63,089 nt of DNA, filler included, from Octopus bimaculoides (GCF_001194135.2; 4 parts of 4 records of this genome joined end to end with filler, not necessarily neighbours in it); one strand, 5' to 3'; shown: positions 48,965-62,228, counted from the whole stretch's first letter. The notes: a model not told the origin generated them from the letters alone. Numbers and translations are program-made.

Positions 48965-49052
48965 AACTTCTATCTCATTCCAGGGTGAAAAACTAGAGGT
49001 AGTCGATAGCTTCCGCTATCTGGGCGACCAAGTTAGTAGTGGGGGTGGGTGC
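48965..49052 (+). mobile_element. RTE RT fragment
   Basis: SFQGEKLEVVDSFRYLGDQVSSGGGC. Confidence 0.75.
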
Positions 49053-49320
49053 AAGACATGGATGCGGAGGTCTTCAAGACAAAACTTGACGCTTTCCTCT
49101 CCACGATACCAGACGAACCAATGGCTCGTAATGAGACGCAGTTTAGGGCAGCTATGTCAAATTGTCTTATACACCAGATGTGCCATCAAAACTCTTGATT
49201 GGACCGTGTCGGGTGGGGGAGAGGAGCCATGCAGGGAACGTGAAGGGAGGACAGCATAGAGGCGGAAAGTCGCGGTGGTGCACCAGCATGACCGCAGCCA
49301 CTTGGCTGAAACACATAAAT
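49053..49320 (+). mobile_element. CR1/Jockey-like LINE 3' end plus UTR
   Basis: DAEVFKTKLDAFLSTIPDEP...RAAMSNCLIHQ followed by an AATAAA/(TA)n tail. Confidence 0.6.
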
Positions 49321-49379
49321 AAATAAAATATATATATATATACATCTTTATATATATTTATATATATGTATATACATGT

Positions 49380-49431
49380 ATGTAGGTAGGTCGGTATGTA
49401 TGTAGGTAGGTAGGTAGGTAGGTAGGTAGGT

Positions 49432-49474
<43 letters not shown>

Positions 49475-49490
49475 CTGGCAGGCAGGTATT
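49380..49490. repeat. (TAGG)n-(CAGG)n compound microsatellite
   Basis: Direct inspection. Confidence 0.9.
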
Positions 49491-49841
49491 TATTTATGCA
49501 TATATGTATGTATGTCACAGAGTGTAGAGAGAGAGAAATTCAAAAATAGAACGAAAGTAATTAAATACGTATTCTACTAAATGAAAATATTCAAGTAGAA
49601 AATCATTTAGAGAACTATAAAACTATAAAAACCATTTGAAGCCTTTGCGCCAGCTGGCGCATTTACTAATTTCTAATACAGAGTTATTGCTACACAGCTA
49701 CTTAACAACACCTATTAAAATAGGCTCTTTGGATATAATGTTCTTAATGTTAATAGGCCTCTTTATTCGGGCATGTGTTACATGTATATGCCTATATGTA
49801 TAGCCTCACGCACAAACACAAACACACATAAACATACATAC

Positions 49842-49877
<36 letters not shown>

Positions 49878-49887
49878 NNNNNNNNNN

Positions 49888-49924
<37 letters not shown>

Positions 49925-50479
49925 CATGCGTGTGTGTCTGTGGATATGTAAATGTATATATATAAGGTGTGTATCTACAATATGCACATAAATTTCAAAC
50001 TACATATACGCAAACACGTTATAAATATAATCGTATTATCTGCAGAATTTGTAAGCCGTAGCTGTTTAAGTAACAAACCCTAGGATCATATAAACTTTAT
50101 GAGCCGCCTACCTTCATCTCTTTTAGAACATGTCCTTAATACTTGGATCATACTAGCGGCGAGAATAAATCGAAAACGTTTTATCTCATAAATATTTCAC
50201 AAGCATCTTTCTTTTGTAAAGCTTCTGTATAGTATTGTGAACCAGCAAAGCTATTTATACCTATTGAGAAATCTGTACACCTTGTAGATTGATTCACAAT
50301 CCTGATAGCAAATCAATATATTTTACCATAGCTGTTCATTATTTATCGCCTGTTTTATAACGAAGCTGCAGTGACGTAATCAGTCTCTGCTCAGAAAGAC
50401 GTAGACTGGATTTAGCTAAGAACTTCTTTTTCTAAAACACTGAGTCATCGTAGCTTTAAGACATGTGTATGTATATATA

Positions 50480-50905
50480 TATATTACGTTTATATATACG
50501 TTTTGCAAGATTCTTGATGTGAATTCGTGTGTTGAAACAGATATTGTTGTATTTGGGGATGGTCATGTTGCCAGTTTAGCCAATGAAAACACACGCACTA
50601 TATATTTCGTTGTATTTCAGCCAGAGTTATTTCATCACACTTCTGTTACCTCATCAGTGGTCCTTTGCTTTCTTCTTTCTATTTTGTGTGTCTCTCCTTA
50701 CTAGCGATCTGCCAAAAAACACACAAAAAATCAAAAACCAAAAAAGAATATATATATAGTTGGAATTAATAGAAAAAAAGATGAAGACAGGTGTGTAAAC
50801 AACAAACGGGTGCATTTGTTTAAAGTTCGGGAAGGTGAGAAAATCTTTTACGTTTCGAACCAACGCTCTTCAACAGAAAGGAATACGAGAAAATAAGCAG
50901 AGAGA
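50480..50905 (-). mobile_element. Penelope-like-derived repeat, family F
   Basis: Shares ggatggtcat..gcca..aaacacacgcactatatattt with 53995-54045 and acaggtg.gtaaa.aacaaa plus the hammerhead block with 62770-62870. Confidence 0.6.
50844..50881 (-). ncRNA. Hammerhead-like motif, CUGUUGA core (family F)
   Basis: Minus strand CCTTT-CTGTTGA-A-GAGC(gttg)GTTC-GAAA-C-GTA-AAAGA. Confidence 0.55.
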
Positions 50906-52152
50906 ATAACAAAAGCTTTGGTGGCTACCAATATATATATACATATATATANNNNNNNNNNNNNNNNNNNNNNNNNNNNNNNNNNNNNNNNNNNNNNNNN
51001 NNNNNNNNNNNNNNNNNNNNNNNNNNNNNNNNNNNNNNNNNNNNNNNNNNNNNNNNNNNNNNNNNNNNNNNNNNNNNNNNNNNNNNNNNNNNNNNNNNNN
51101 NNNNNNNNNNNNNNNNNNNNNNNNNNNNNNNNNNNNNNNNNNNNNNNNNNNNNNNNNNNNNNNNNNNNNNNNNNNNNNNNNNNNNNNNNNNNNNNNNNNN
51201 NNNNNNNNNNNNNNNNNNNNNNNNNNNNNNNNNNNNNNNNNNNNNNNNNNNNNNNNNNNNNNNNNNNNNNNNNNNNNNNNNNNNNNNNNNNNNNNNNNNN
51301 NNNNNNNNNNNNNNNNNNNNNNNNNNNNNNNNNNNNNNNNNNNNNNNNNNNNNNNNNNNNNNNNNNNNNNNNNNNNNNNNNNNNNNNNNNNNNNNNNNNN
51401 NNNNNNNNNNNNNNNNNNNNNNNNNNNNNNNNNNNNNNNNNNNNNNNNNNNNNNNNNNNNNNNNNNNNNNNNNNNNNNNNNNNNNNNNNNNNNNNNNNNN
51501 NNNNNNNNNNNNNNNNNNNNNNNNNNNNNNNNNNNNNNNNNNNNNNNNNNNNNNNNNNNNNNNNNNNNNNNNNNNNNNNNNNNNNNNNNNNNNNNNNNNN
51601 NNNNNNNNNNNNNNNNNNNNNNNNNNNNNNNNNNNNNNNNNNNNNNNNNNNNNNNNNNNNNNNNNNNNNNNNNNNNNNNNNNNNNNNNNNNNNNNNNNNN
51701 NNNNNNNNNNNNNNNNNNNNNNNNNNNNNNNNNNNNNNNNNNNNNNNNNNNNNNNNNNNNNNNNNNNNNNNNNNNNNNNNNNNNNNNNNNNNNNNNNNNN
51801 NNNNNNAGAAGGTGTCCATTATTCCTTCAGTGAACATTTCTAAAACCGGTCTCTTCAATTTCACTAGTAATTATTAAACCAAACTCGTTTAGCGTCGAAC
51901 TGAAATGGATACTTATTCATATACTTCTACATTTCTATGAAAATGATTACAGTCCCCTTTATTTGAATGGACGCATATTGTGTGCATGTGTGTGTATTTG
52001 GGTGTGTCTATGTGTCTATGTTTGTGTGTGTGCGTACGTATGTACGCATTAGTGTCAGAGAATAAATACGTATTGATTAGTTGCAACCAGCCTTATAGAT
52101 ATGGTGGTCAACAATTTATTAATATCTGTATCAATTTATTCTTGATCACAAC

Positions 52153-52206
<54 letters not shown>

Positions 52207-52699
52207 TATATTTACGTTTTCCCCTTTTATGGTGTTTTTGTGTTAGCAAACGAGTTTCGCGACCACAACCTGACTACTACCGAAATAATCTTAGAAATCA
52301 GTAGCATAATCTTTCCTTGCACAAGTTTTCCTTACATAAGTTTTCTTTCCACAAGTTCATTGACATAAGTAACTTATGACAACTTCTTAACTCACACATA
52401 CCTTGTCTAAAACGATAATGAATTTATGGATGTTTAATGCAGTAAGCATTAAATATGCATTTAGTGATACTTATGCAATGAGGCAAATGTAACAGACATC
52501 AGCTGAATAGCTAAATACTATTGTTAACACTTCAACAAACACGGGAGACAACTTCGGAAAAATCTTACGAGACATCCTCGGTGAAGTATAGAATCCACCG
52601 TACTTGAAGATATATCGATAAGTGAATCACTAAATATATACATATGATGGGAGTTATATAATGTATAACTATACATACAGTAAAGATATAGATTCACTG

Positions 52700-52830
52700 G
52701 ATTGCCGCCATGCTGGGACATCGGGCTGAAGAGTTTGGTGTAAGAAATCGAATCCACTAATTGCTCTATCGGTTTCTTTGGACGAACCGCTACGATACGG
52801 AGAAGTAAATAATCCAACACTGGTTACAAG
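52700..52830 (-). mobile_element. SINE family A, heavily degraded
   Basis: gccgccatgctgg...ctatcggtttctttggacgaaccgctacg..acgg..gtaaataatccaacactggttacaag. Confidence 0.5.
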
Positions 52831-53017
52831 TGATTTAGGGAAAAACACAAAAGACATACATGTTTTTAAGGTTATCTCTAGAGATCTTCTGAAACGCACA
52901 CATATGTAGGTATGAATNNNNNNNNNNNNNNNNNNNNNNNNNNNNNNNNNNNNNNNNNNNNTTAATTAATTAANNNNNNNNNNNNNNNNNNNNNNNNNNN
53001 NNNNNNNNNNNNNNNNN

Positions 53018-53077
<60 letters not shown>

Positions 53078-53229
53078 TGAGAGAGAGAAAGAGTTAAAAT
53101 ATACATCTTTTGATTAATGAGAAAATGTGCCACTCATTAAGACCCAGTGAACTCTTATCAAATTAACCATACAAATGTAAAACCAAGCACTTAGCGCAAC
53201 GTGGCTATATCTGTCATATGTTTCAAATA

Positions 53230-53272
53230 AAATTTAATAATAATAATAACAATAATAATAATGATGATGAAG

Positions 53273-53341
<69 letters not shown>

Positions 53342-53430
53342 TTTTATTACTAATAATAATAACGATGAAGCCTTGTTCTGTGTCAGTTTCATTTTATTAA
53401 TGTTTAATAATAACAATAACAATAACAATA
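53230..53430. repeat. (AAT)n-rich compound microsatellite
   Basis: Direct inspection. Confidence 0.9.
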
Positions 53431-53941
53431 ATAATCTATATACATATACACACACATATATACACACACGTGTATACATACACACACAAGCACACACACA
53501 TATATACATATATACAAATACATATACATATATAACCACACACATATACACACATATATGCATGCATTCATACATTCAGGTAAATGCTGACTATAGTTCC
53601 TAAGGTGCTGAACCAGAATTAGTATGTAATTAATGGAAATTATAACTGGAATGAGCAAAAAATCATCAGCATCAACGAGAATTGCAATGAAGTGAGGTAA
53701 GTGAGTTTAAATCTTGATGGTTATACTGACAAGTTCATCCATGTTTCAGTCCTATTATGCCTCATCAGGTAACTGCAGTTTACCTTCATCTTGTAAGACA
53801 TCGGAGGGACTGCTGCATATATTTCTAATGATCATCTCCCCCAACAGCTCACCGATTAGGTTACGCACATGTATATGTATATGTATATGTATATGTATGT
53901 GTGTATGTGTATGTGTGTGTGTGTGCGCGTGTGTGTATGTT

Positions 53942-53981
<40 letters not shown>

Positions 53982-53991
53982 NNNNNNNNNN

Positions 53992-54215
53992 ATTTCGGGA
54001 CGGTCATTTTTTTTTTGCCAAATAAACACACGCACTATATATTTTGTTCTTCACTCGTTTATTACTGTTTTTATTTTTTTCATTTTTATTTTAGCTCATG
54101 TCCATTGTCCGGAAATCTTTCGTCACAAATACTTTTTAGCGATGCTTTTCGCTTCCGTCTTTGACGTTTCGAGCCTATGCACTTCTACAGAAAGAAATAA
54201 GGAGAGAAAACAGAC
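53992..54215 (-). mobile_element. Penelope-like-derived repeat, family F
   Basis: See the 50480-50905 homology; contains the hammerhead block. Confidence 0.6.
54158..54195 (-). ncRNA. Hammerhead-like motif, CUGUAGA core (family F)
   Basis: Minus strand TCTTT-CTGTAGA-A-GTGC(atag)GCTC-GAAA-C-GTC-AAAGA. Confidence 0.55.
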
Positions 54216-55491
54216 AGTGTTGCAGTCATAATAAAAAGTGAAGAATGAGGCTGAGAGTGTAACCTCATCTGAGAACACACGTAGTCAATTACTTTTAAAA
54301 TAAGAATACTCTATCTTCTTCGTTCGGACATCAAAACCTATTTAGAATCATATGTTGCAAAAATGTCTTGTACTATTCTTCTACTATTTTCGACTGAAAT
54401 AGAAGAATTTTTGTGAAATGTCTGTTTTGGCTTTTTTCTGTTATCTTTAATAACTTTTCAATCAAAAAACCAAATGAGATAAGACATTAATTCACAAAAA
54501 AATTGGAAAACAATATTTGGACCGATTCTCCTGAGAAATAAAAAATAAATAAATAAATGAATAAATAAATAAATAAAGAGAATATGAAGGTTGTCTGAGG
54601 ACTCGATCGGTTAACCTAATATAGCTGTCACTAATGAAATTGACTTCTTACTCTTTTGGTTCACAAGGGGTGATCTACTGGCCTACTGCCATGGAAAATA
54701 GAGTATGTAGTTTGTTTTTAATCAAAAGTATTTATTTTACATCGTAGAATGATACTCAAAATTATAAGCACCGCTTTGAGTGTTTTATAATGTCTAATAA
54801 AATTTGTTTTTCATAACGATTAATATAGTTTGATGTGTAAATTGTTTAAAACAGTTTCTAATTTAGGCATGGGGCCAGCCGACCACCAAGCTAGTTGTCA
54901 GCCAAGATGGCGAGGTAACATGTAATGTGCTTCCTGTAATAGCTTGAGGTACCTATATAGTCACGAGTAGCCACAAATGTCTTCTTGGATTCATCAGTCT
55001 CGAGCTAGCAAAACTTCCATGATGTAACAATTCGAGGGGAGTGAGTGCCGCATAAGTATCCGGTTGCTACACATTTACATCTGTGTATGTTTTCTGCTTG
55101 TACTCGCACTGCCAGACAACTGGTGTTGGTTTGCTTCCGTCCTCGTAGCTGAGCAGTTCTACAAGACAAACCGCTACAAAGTGTTATATTCATCCCAAAT
55201 TTTATCCGCATAATCGTATTATAATCCATCGAAAACCTTCCCCTGCTAACTTTGATTAAAATATATTTTCAGAAAATTATCATTGCCTGCCACCAAGCCT
55301 ACTATGTGCCCTCATCATTCAACTCCTACGTCAACACACACACACTCTCTCTCTCTCGTTCACTCTTTTGCTCTTCCTGCACCACTCTCTTTATACGAAG
55401 TAAAGCGTGAATGGAGAATGAACCAACCAACCTACTAACCAACAAGCATCCATATCAGCTATTATTACATAAAGACATTAACAATTCAGAT

Positions 55492-55661
55492 AAATGCTTA
55501 ACGGTATTTCGTCCGTCTTCACGTTCTTAGTTCGATTTTGGGCAGTGTTCAACATTGGCTATCATCTTATTGGGGTCGATGAAAGAAATACCAGCTGAGC
55601 GCTGGGGTCGATGTTTTCAATTATCGCCCTTAAACCCAAATTTCAAGCCTTGTGCCTTAAA
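55492..55661 (+). mobile_element. SINE family C, degraded
   Basis: aaatgcttaacggtatttcgtccgtc...ggggtcgat...aaatttcaagccttgtgcc. Confidence 0.7.
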
Positions 55662-55791
55662 AAAGAACGGAGATGTAAGGTGGCGAAGTGGCCGAATCAT
55701 TAACGCATACATACATACATACATACATACACACATATATATATATATATATATATACTTGCGTTTGTAGGGGTGTGTGTGTGTGTGTGTT

Positions 55792-55841
<50 letters not shown>

Positions 55842-56546
55842 AACACGGACACACACGTACACACAGACACACACAAGCTCACAACTAAGCACCAATAAAC
55901 GTAGTCGTCTGTTTTATCCACTCTACATACACAACTACGTAACATTCTGCTATCTCAAGTAGCCACCTTGTAAACTATTGACATAAACAAGGTGTAGAAT
56001 TTCGCAAAGTCTCACAATTCTAAGACAGATATGGACATAACTGGAACATTAGACAGCTCAGAGGGTGACAAACTATAGTGGCCATTTTAACGCCTTCCCA
56101 GCAAATTTATCTTCGTAGTTTGCATTAGTGTTTTTATGTGTTTATCTCAGTTTCTCTTTCCGTCTCTCTCCCCCTCTCACACCTGTATTCAGCTCGGCAC
56201 TGGGCAAGCCAATTCATCTTCTAAGAGACCCACTATGTGAAAAAGAAGTGGGGTTTAAAGACCTTCTACCTGCCCTCCAAATATCTCTTCCAGTCGCCTT
56301 TGTTTATACACCACTATGTATATACAAACATGAAGGCATACATATATATGTACATACATGGACACATACATCCACGAATATATACATATATACATACATG
56401 TACACACACGCAGCCAAGCGTATATGGACAGATGCATACATATATACGTACATGTATACATACATACACAAGTAAGGTTACGTACTTATGTACATGCGCT
56501 TAAATATATATGCACATATACACACATAAACATACATACACGCACG

Positions 56547-56597
<51 letters not shown>

Positions 56598-56721
56598 CTC
56601 CGTCTCCCGAATTCCTCTCACAAGGCACTGGTTAACTAACAGTTATAGAAGTCAGTTGCTCAGGGAGCTACGCGGTAAGAAGAGACTCGTAATCACGTGA
56701 CTCCGATTAAGGGGTCAGTAC

Positions 56722-57368
56722 CAGTCATTTGACTGCGGCCATGCTGGAGCACCACCCTTTTGAGCAAATCGACCCCAGGACTTATTCTTTGTAAGCCTAG
56801 TACTTACTCTATCAGCCTCTTTTGCCGAACCGCTAGTTTACGGGAACGTAAACACACCAGTATCGGTTGTCAAGCGATGTTGAGGGGACAAACACAGACA
56901 CAGAAACATATATATACACATACATTATATATCTATATATACATACATATATATNNNNNNNNNNNNNNNNNNNNNNNNNNNNNNNNNNNNNNNNNNNNNN
57001 NNNNNNNNNNNNNNNNNNNNNNNNNNNNNNNNNNNNNNNNNNNNNNNNNNNNNNNNNNNNNNNNNNNNNNNNNNNNNNNNNNNNNNNNNNNNNNNNNNNN
57101 NNNNNNNNNNNNNNNNNNNNNNNNNNNNNNNNNNNNNNNNNNNNNNNNNNNNNNNNNNNNNNNNNNNNNNNNNNNNNNNNNNNNNNNNNNNNNNNNNNNN
57201 NNNNNNNNNNNNNNNNNNNNNNNNNNNNNNNNNNNNNNNNNNNNNNNNNNNNNNNNNNNNNNNNNNNNNNNNNNNNNNNNNTACGACGCGCTTCTTTCAG
57301 TTTCCGTCTACGAAATCCACTCACAAGGTTTTGGTCGGCTTGAGGTAATTAGAAAAAGACACTTGTCC
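56722..57368 (-). mobile_element. SINE family A with gap in its central microsatellite
   Basis: Tail 56722-56900, gap 56955-57281, 5' part 57282-57368. Confidence 0.85.
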
Positions 57369-57589
57369 ATCTATATATGTGTATAATTTAGGCGTATATA
57401 TTTATATGGGTATATTAATGCGTTCATATCTAGATGTATGTGTGTATGTTTTTACACTCACATACTCACATATTAGATTTGTCTGACAGTTGATTGTCTG
57501 CCAACGGAATTTATATATATGTGTATCTATGTCAATCTAGATGCTTGACTACGTGCCAGTTTGATATCTCTTGTCAGTTGTCATATACA

Positions 57590-57601
57590 ACATATCTATC
57601 C

Positions 57602-57665
<64 letters not shown>
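57590..57665. repeat. (TATC)n microsatellite
   Basis: Direct inspection. Confidence 0.95.
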
Positions 57666-59398
57666 GTCAATCGGTCTGTCTGTCTATCATTATATCTGCC
57701 CGTCTGTATGTCGGTTCCTGTTTCTCTCGCTATCTCTATGTTTCTCTCTCTCTCTCTCTCTCTATGCGTGTCTGTAGATGTATGTGTGTGTGTATGTGTT
57801 GTGCGTTGTGTATGTGACTATGAGTGTGTGCATGCATGGGCGTATGAGTATGTGTAGATATGAGTGTGTGTAGATACATCTATGTGTGGTATGTTTATGG
57901 AGGGAAAAAAAATGCATATTTGAATTTTAACCGTTATCCTTGTATTAGTGTCATACATATTTGTATATATGTATGTGTGTGTGTATATATATGTATAGGT
58001 GTANNNNNNNNNNNNNNNNNNNNNNNNNNNNNNNNNNNNNNNNNNNNNNNNNNNNNNNNNNNNNNNNNNNNNNNNNNNNNNNNNNNNNNNNNNNNNNNNN
58101 NNNNNNNNNNNNNNNNNNNNNNNNNNNNNNNNNNNNNNNNNNNNNNNNNNNNNNNNNNNNNNNNNNNNNNNNNNNNNNNNNNNNNNNNNNNNNNNNNNNN
58201 NNNNNNNNNNNNNNNNNNNNNNNNNNNNNNNNNNNNNNNNNNNNNNNNNNNNNNNNNNNNNNNNNNNNNNNNNNNNNNNNNNNNNNNNNNNNNNNNNNNN
58301 NNNNNNNNNNNNNNNNNNNNNNNNNNNNNNNNNNNNNNNNNNNNNNNNNNNNNNNNNNNNNNNNNNNNNNNNNNNNNNNNNNNNNNNNNNNNNNNNNNNN
58401 NNNNNNNNNNNNNNNNNNNNNNNNNNNNNNNNNNNNNNNNNNNNNNNNNNNNNNNNNNNNNNNNNNNNNNNNNNNNNNNNNNNNNNNNNNNNNNNNNNNN
58501 NNNNNNNNNNNNNNNNNNNNNNNNNNNNNNNNNNNNNNNNNNNNNNNNNNNNNNNNNNNNNNNNNNNNNNNNNNNNNNNNNNNNNNNNNNNNNNNNNNNN
58601 NNNNNNNNNNNNNNNNNNNNNNNNNNNNNNNNNNNNNCAGTGAACAGGTCGCGGTCTCAAAGCGACGAAAATATTTTGACAAATTAAATTTAAATGTTGA
58701 AGTGAATCTAACGGATTTTGTGTGTTATTTTAAATGGCTTATAAACACCTTCCACGCTGCAATTGTATATATATATATATACATAATACAAATAATATGT
58801 GATATATTTATTGATTTATATATTTATTTATCCATTTATCTGCATGTATATTTATGTGTCTGCCTATCTTTCTTACTATCTGTGTGTGTGTGTGTCCGTC
58901 TGCCTGCCTCTCTCTCTCCCTCTCTCTATCTCTCTCCCCCTCTCTCTAGCTCTCTCTCTCTCTCTCACTTTCACTATCTTTGTCGCTCTGTCAAAGTACA
59001 TATATATGTATGCATTTTCCATCTATCTATCTATCTATCTATCTATCTTCACACGTAAAATTCTAAATTTTCGTGCCCCTTCAATATTAATAGTGTACAT
59101 ACTTTAAGTATGGTTCATAAATAGCTGGACTTCTATTCAGTCGCGCAGTATATTCGCCGCTCTTCCCTCCGATATCCTCTCCCTCTGACATTCATTATAT
59201 TTTTAACTTAAAATTTTCATAACAGATGTCATCTCACGACAATTACTGCAGCAACTGGCCTACCAACGCTCTATATAATTAAGTACGATACATAGAGAGC
59301 CATTTTGAATTTAATGCTACATCAATTTCGTATATCTGATACATACATACATACATTCATACACGCACATATATAGTTATATGTATGGATGTGTAAAC

Positions 59399-59689
59399 GG
59401 TAAAGATTCCTCTGCATTCATGAACGACCATGGAATTGCACCAAGAAAGTTCCCCTCCGTGGCACAAGTCCAGGCAAGGTTGTTTATAGAAGACCAGCAG
59501 TTGCCTATGCATACCAGTCTCCTGTTTCCATGCCACCAATGTTACTCAAGGCAGAGGCTGAGTGAACTGGAGCAACGTGAAGTAAAGTATCTTGCTGAAG
59601 AACACAACATACAGCCTGGTCCACGAATCGAACTCACAACCTCATGAATGTGAGCTTGACGCTCTAACCACCGAGCCATACACCTTCAC
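59399..59689 (-). mobile_element. SINE family D (tail type 1)
   Basis: Homologous to 37350-37678. Confidence 0.8.
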
Positions 59690-59752
59690 ATGTACGTGTA
59701 TGTACATACGCACACATATTATATGTATATATATATATACATAATATAAATA

Positions 59753-60003
59753 AATGCGCCCTTTTAAAGCCTAGCCATGCTCATGGGCCCGGTTTCCCCG
59801 ATTTCAATGGCGTATGTGTTCCCCAGCTGGGCGAGTCGCCAGTCCATAGCAGCGTTACTCATTTTTGCCAGCTGAGTGGACTGGAGCAACGTGAAATGAA
59901 GTGTTTTGCTCAAGAACACAACGCGTCGCCCGGTCCAGGAATCGAAACCACAATCTTACGATCATGATGCTGACACCCTAACCACTAAGCCACGCGCTTC
60001 CAC
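59753..60003 (-). mobile_element. SINE family D (tail type 2)
   Basis: Same core (ctcattttt gccagctgagtggactggagcaacgtgaaat...gctcaagaacacaac) but an unrelated 3' tail. Confidence 0.8.
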
Positions 60004-60007
60004 ACAC

Positions 60008-60044
<37 letters not shown>

Positions 60045-61121
60045 TACNNNNNNNNNNNNNNNNNNNNNNNNNNNNNNNNNNNNNNNNNNNNNNNNNNNNN
60101 NNNNNNNNNNNNNNNNNNNNNNNNNNNNNNNNNNNNNNNNNNNNNNNNNNNNNNNNNNNNNNNNNNNNNNNNNNNNNNNNNNNNNNNNNNNNNNNNNNNN
60201 NNNNNNNNNNNNNNNNNNNNNNNNNNNNNNNNNNNNNNNNNNNNNNNNNNNNNNNNNNNNNNNNNNNNNNNNNNNNNNNNNNNNNNNNNNNNNNNNNNNN
60301 NNNNNNNNNNNNNNNNNNNNNNNNNNNNNNNNNNNNNNNNNNNNNNNNNNNNNNNNNNNNTATATATATATATACATACACACATATTTTTTTTTCTTAA
60401 TATTTATATTTATGTTTGTACATATTTATATGGTGGTGCGACCAATCACATGCAAGCTGCCGAGTTAGTTTTTGTAACAGAAATAAAAATAGTAATTTTT
60501 TTATAGAAAAAAATGTGTGAAAATAAATAAGTAAAGCAGCTGTGTTCAAAGCGAAAGATTTGAACGTAGAGCCATTAGGTTTGCTACCTGCCAGCTATAC
60601 TCCATGCCTAACGATCTGCTTTAGGATTAAAGCACCGCTGAACTCATTAAATTGTGTTAATGTAGAAGTATCTATATTGAAATCTTTGCATCTTGTTCCC
60701 CTGCGTCTCGCTACACACAGTATCGTGAACTAAATTAATAGCTGGAGACACTTATAAAATTCGTAGACACAGACGCGCACACGCGCATGCGTATGTATTG
60801 CGCGTATGTATGTGTGTATGTCTAGATATGCACACGTGTAGGTGTGTGTTTGTGTGTGTGTGTGTGTGTGTGTATGAAAGTACGCGAAGGGACGTGACGT
60901 AGTAAGTGATTTGACGCGTTATCTTCAGGTCTTGGGTTCCCCTCTCAGACCGCGTCTGGACATTGTGTCCTTTATTTCACGAATTAGCAATTCCTGAGGA
61001 ATTAATTCTACGACAGCATGGCATCTCGTTCAGAGGCTACTCTAGCTCTCTCTGTTGCCTCAACGTCACAAAAAAACCAGGATGAGCTCCGACCTAGTAG
61101 TATGTTTATATATACATTTAT

Positions 61122-61632
61122 GGGATCTATTTTAAAACGGGGGCCACATTTTTCATTAACGAAACACTTTGAAACTTGGAACACTGGTAGAATGTGTCAT
61201 ATAAAACATCTTTTTCTCTTAGTCTTCTTAAAAAAAAAAAGAAATCCATAAGTTAATCCATGTTAAAGTTGTCGTATTTCTGTAATTTCAACCAATCACT
61301 GACGTCCATTCAGCCGATATACATTAAGTGCCGACTACATAAACAAACGATTCTGAAACAATTAGCCCTAACCCTAACCCTATCACCGATAGAATTGTTT
61401 CAGAATCGTTTGTTTATGTAGTCGGCACTTAATGTATATCGGCTGAATGGACGTCAGTTATTGGTTGAAATTACAGAAATACGACAACTTTAACATGGAA
61501 TAAGTTAGGGATTTCTTTTTTTTTAAAGAAGACTAAGAGAAAAAGATGTTTTATATGACACATTCTACCAGTGTTCCAAGTTTCAAAGTGTTTCGTTAAT
61601 GAAAAATGTGGCCCCCGTTTTAAAAAAGATCC
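61122..61632. mobile_element. Large foldback element with telomeric repeat at apex
   Basis: Arms 61122-61363 and 61393-61632 are near-perfect reverse complements; the 29-nt loop contains CCCTAACCCTAACCCTA. Confidence 0.85.
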
Positions 61633-62228
61633 TCTGTCNNNNNNNNNNNNNNNNNNNNNNNNNNNNNNNNNNNNNNNNNNNNNNNNNNNNNNNNNNNNNN
61701 NNNNNNNNNNNNNNNNNNNNNNNNNNNNNNNNNNNNNNNNNNNNNNNNNNNNNNNNNNNNNNNNNNNNNNNNNNNNNNNNNNNNNNNNNNNNNNNNNNNN
61801 NNNNNNNNNNNNNNNNNNNNNNNNNNNNNNNNNNNNNNNNNNNNNNNNNNNNNNNNNNNNNNNNNNNNNNNNNNNNNNNNNNNNNNNNNNNNNNNNNNNN
61901 NNNNNNNNNNNNNNNNNNNNNNNNNNNNNNNNNNNNNNNNNNNNNNNNNNNNNNNNNNNNNNNNNNNNNNNNNNNNNNNNNNNNNNNNNNNNNNNNNNNN
62001 NNNNNNNNNNNNNNNNNNNNNNNNNNNNNNNNNNNNNNNNNNNNNNNNNNNNNNNNNNNNNNNNNNNNNNNNNNNNNNNNNNNNNNNNNNNNNNNNNNNN
62101 NNNNNNNNNNNNNNNNNNNNNNNNNNNNNNNNNNNNNNNNNNNNNNNNNNNNNNNNNNNNNNNNNNNNNCATTTTCTTTTTCTTTTCTTCGTTTTATTTG
62201 CTTTTTTCTTTTTAAATTTGTTGTTTTA

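Noticed and set aside
53580-53703. Strong donor GAG|GTAAGT at about 53697
   Set aside because: All three frames from the nearest upstream acceptor contain stops.
53735-53773. Minus-strand CTGATGA...GAAAC hammerhead-like motif
   Set aside because: Core words are present, but stem II is mostly mismatched, there is no valid NUH and stem I pairs poorly; at best a dead relic.
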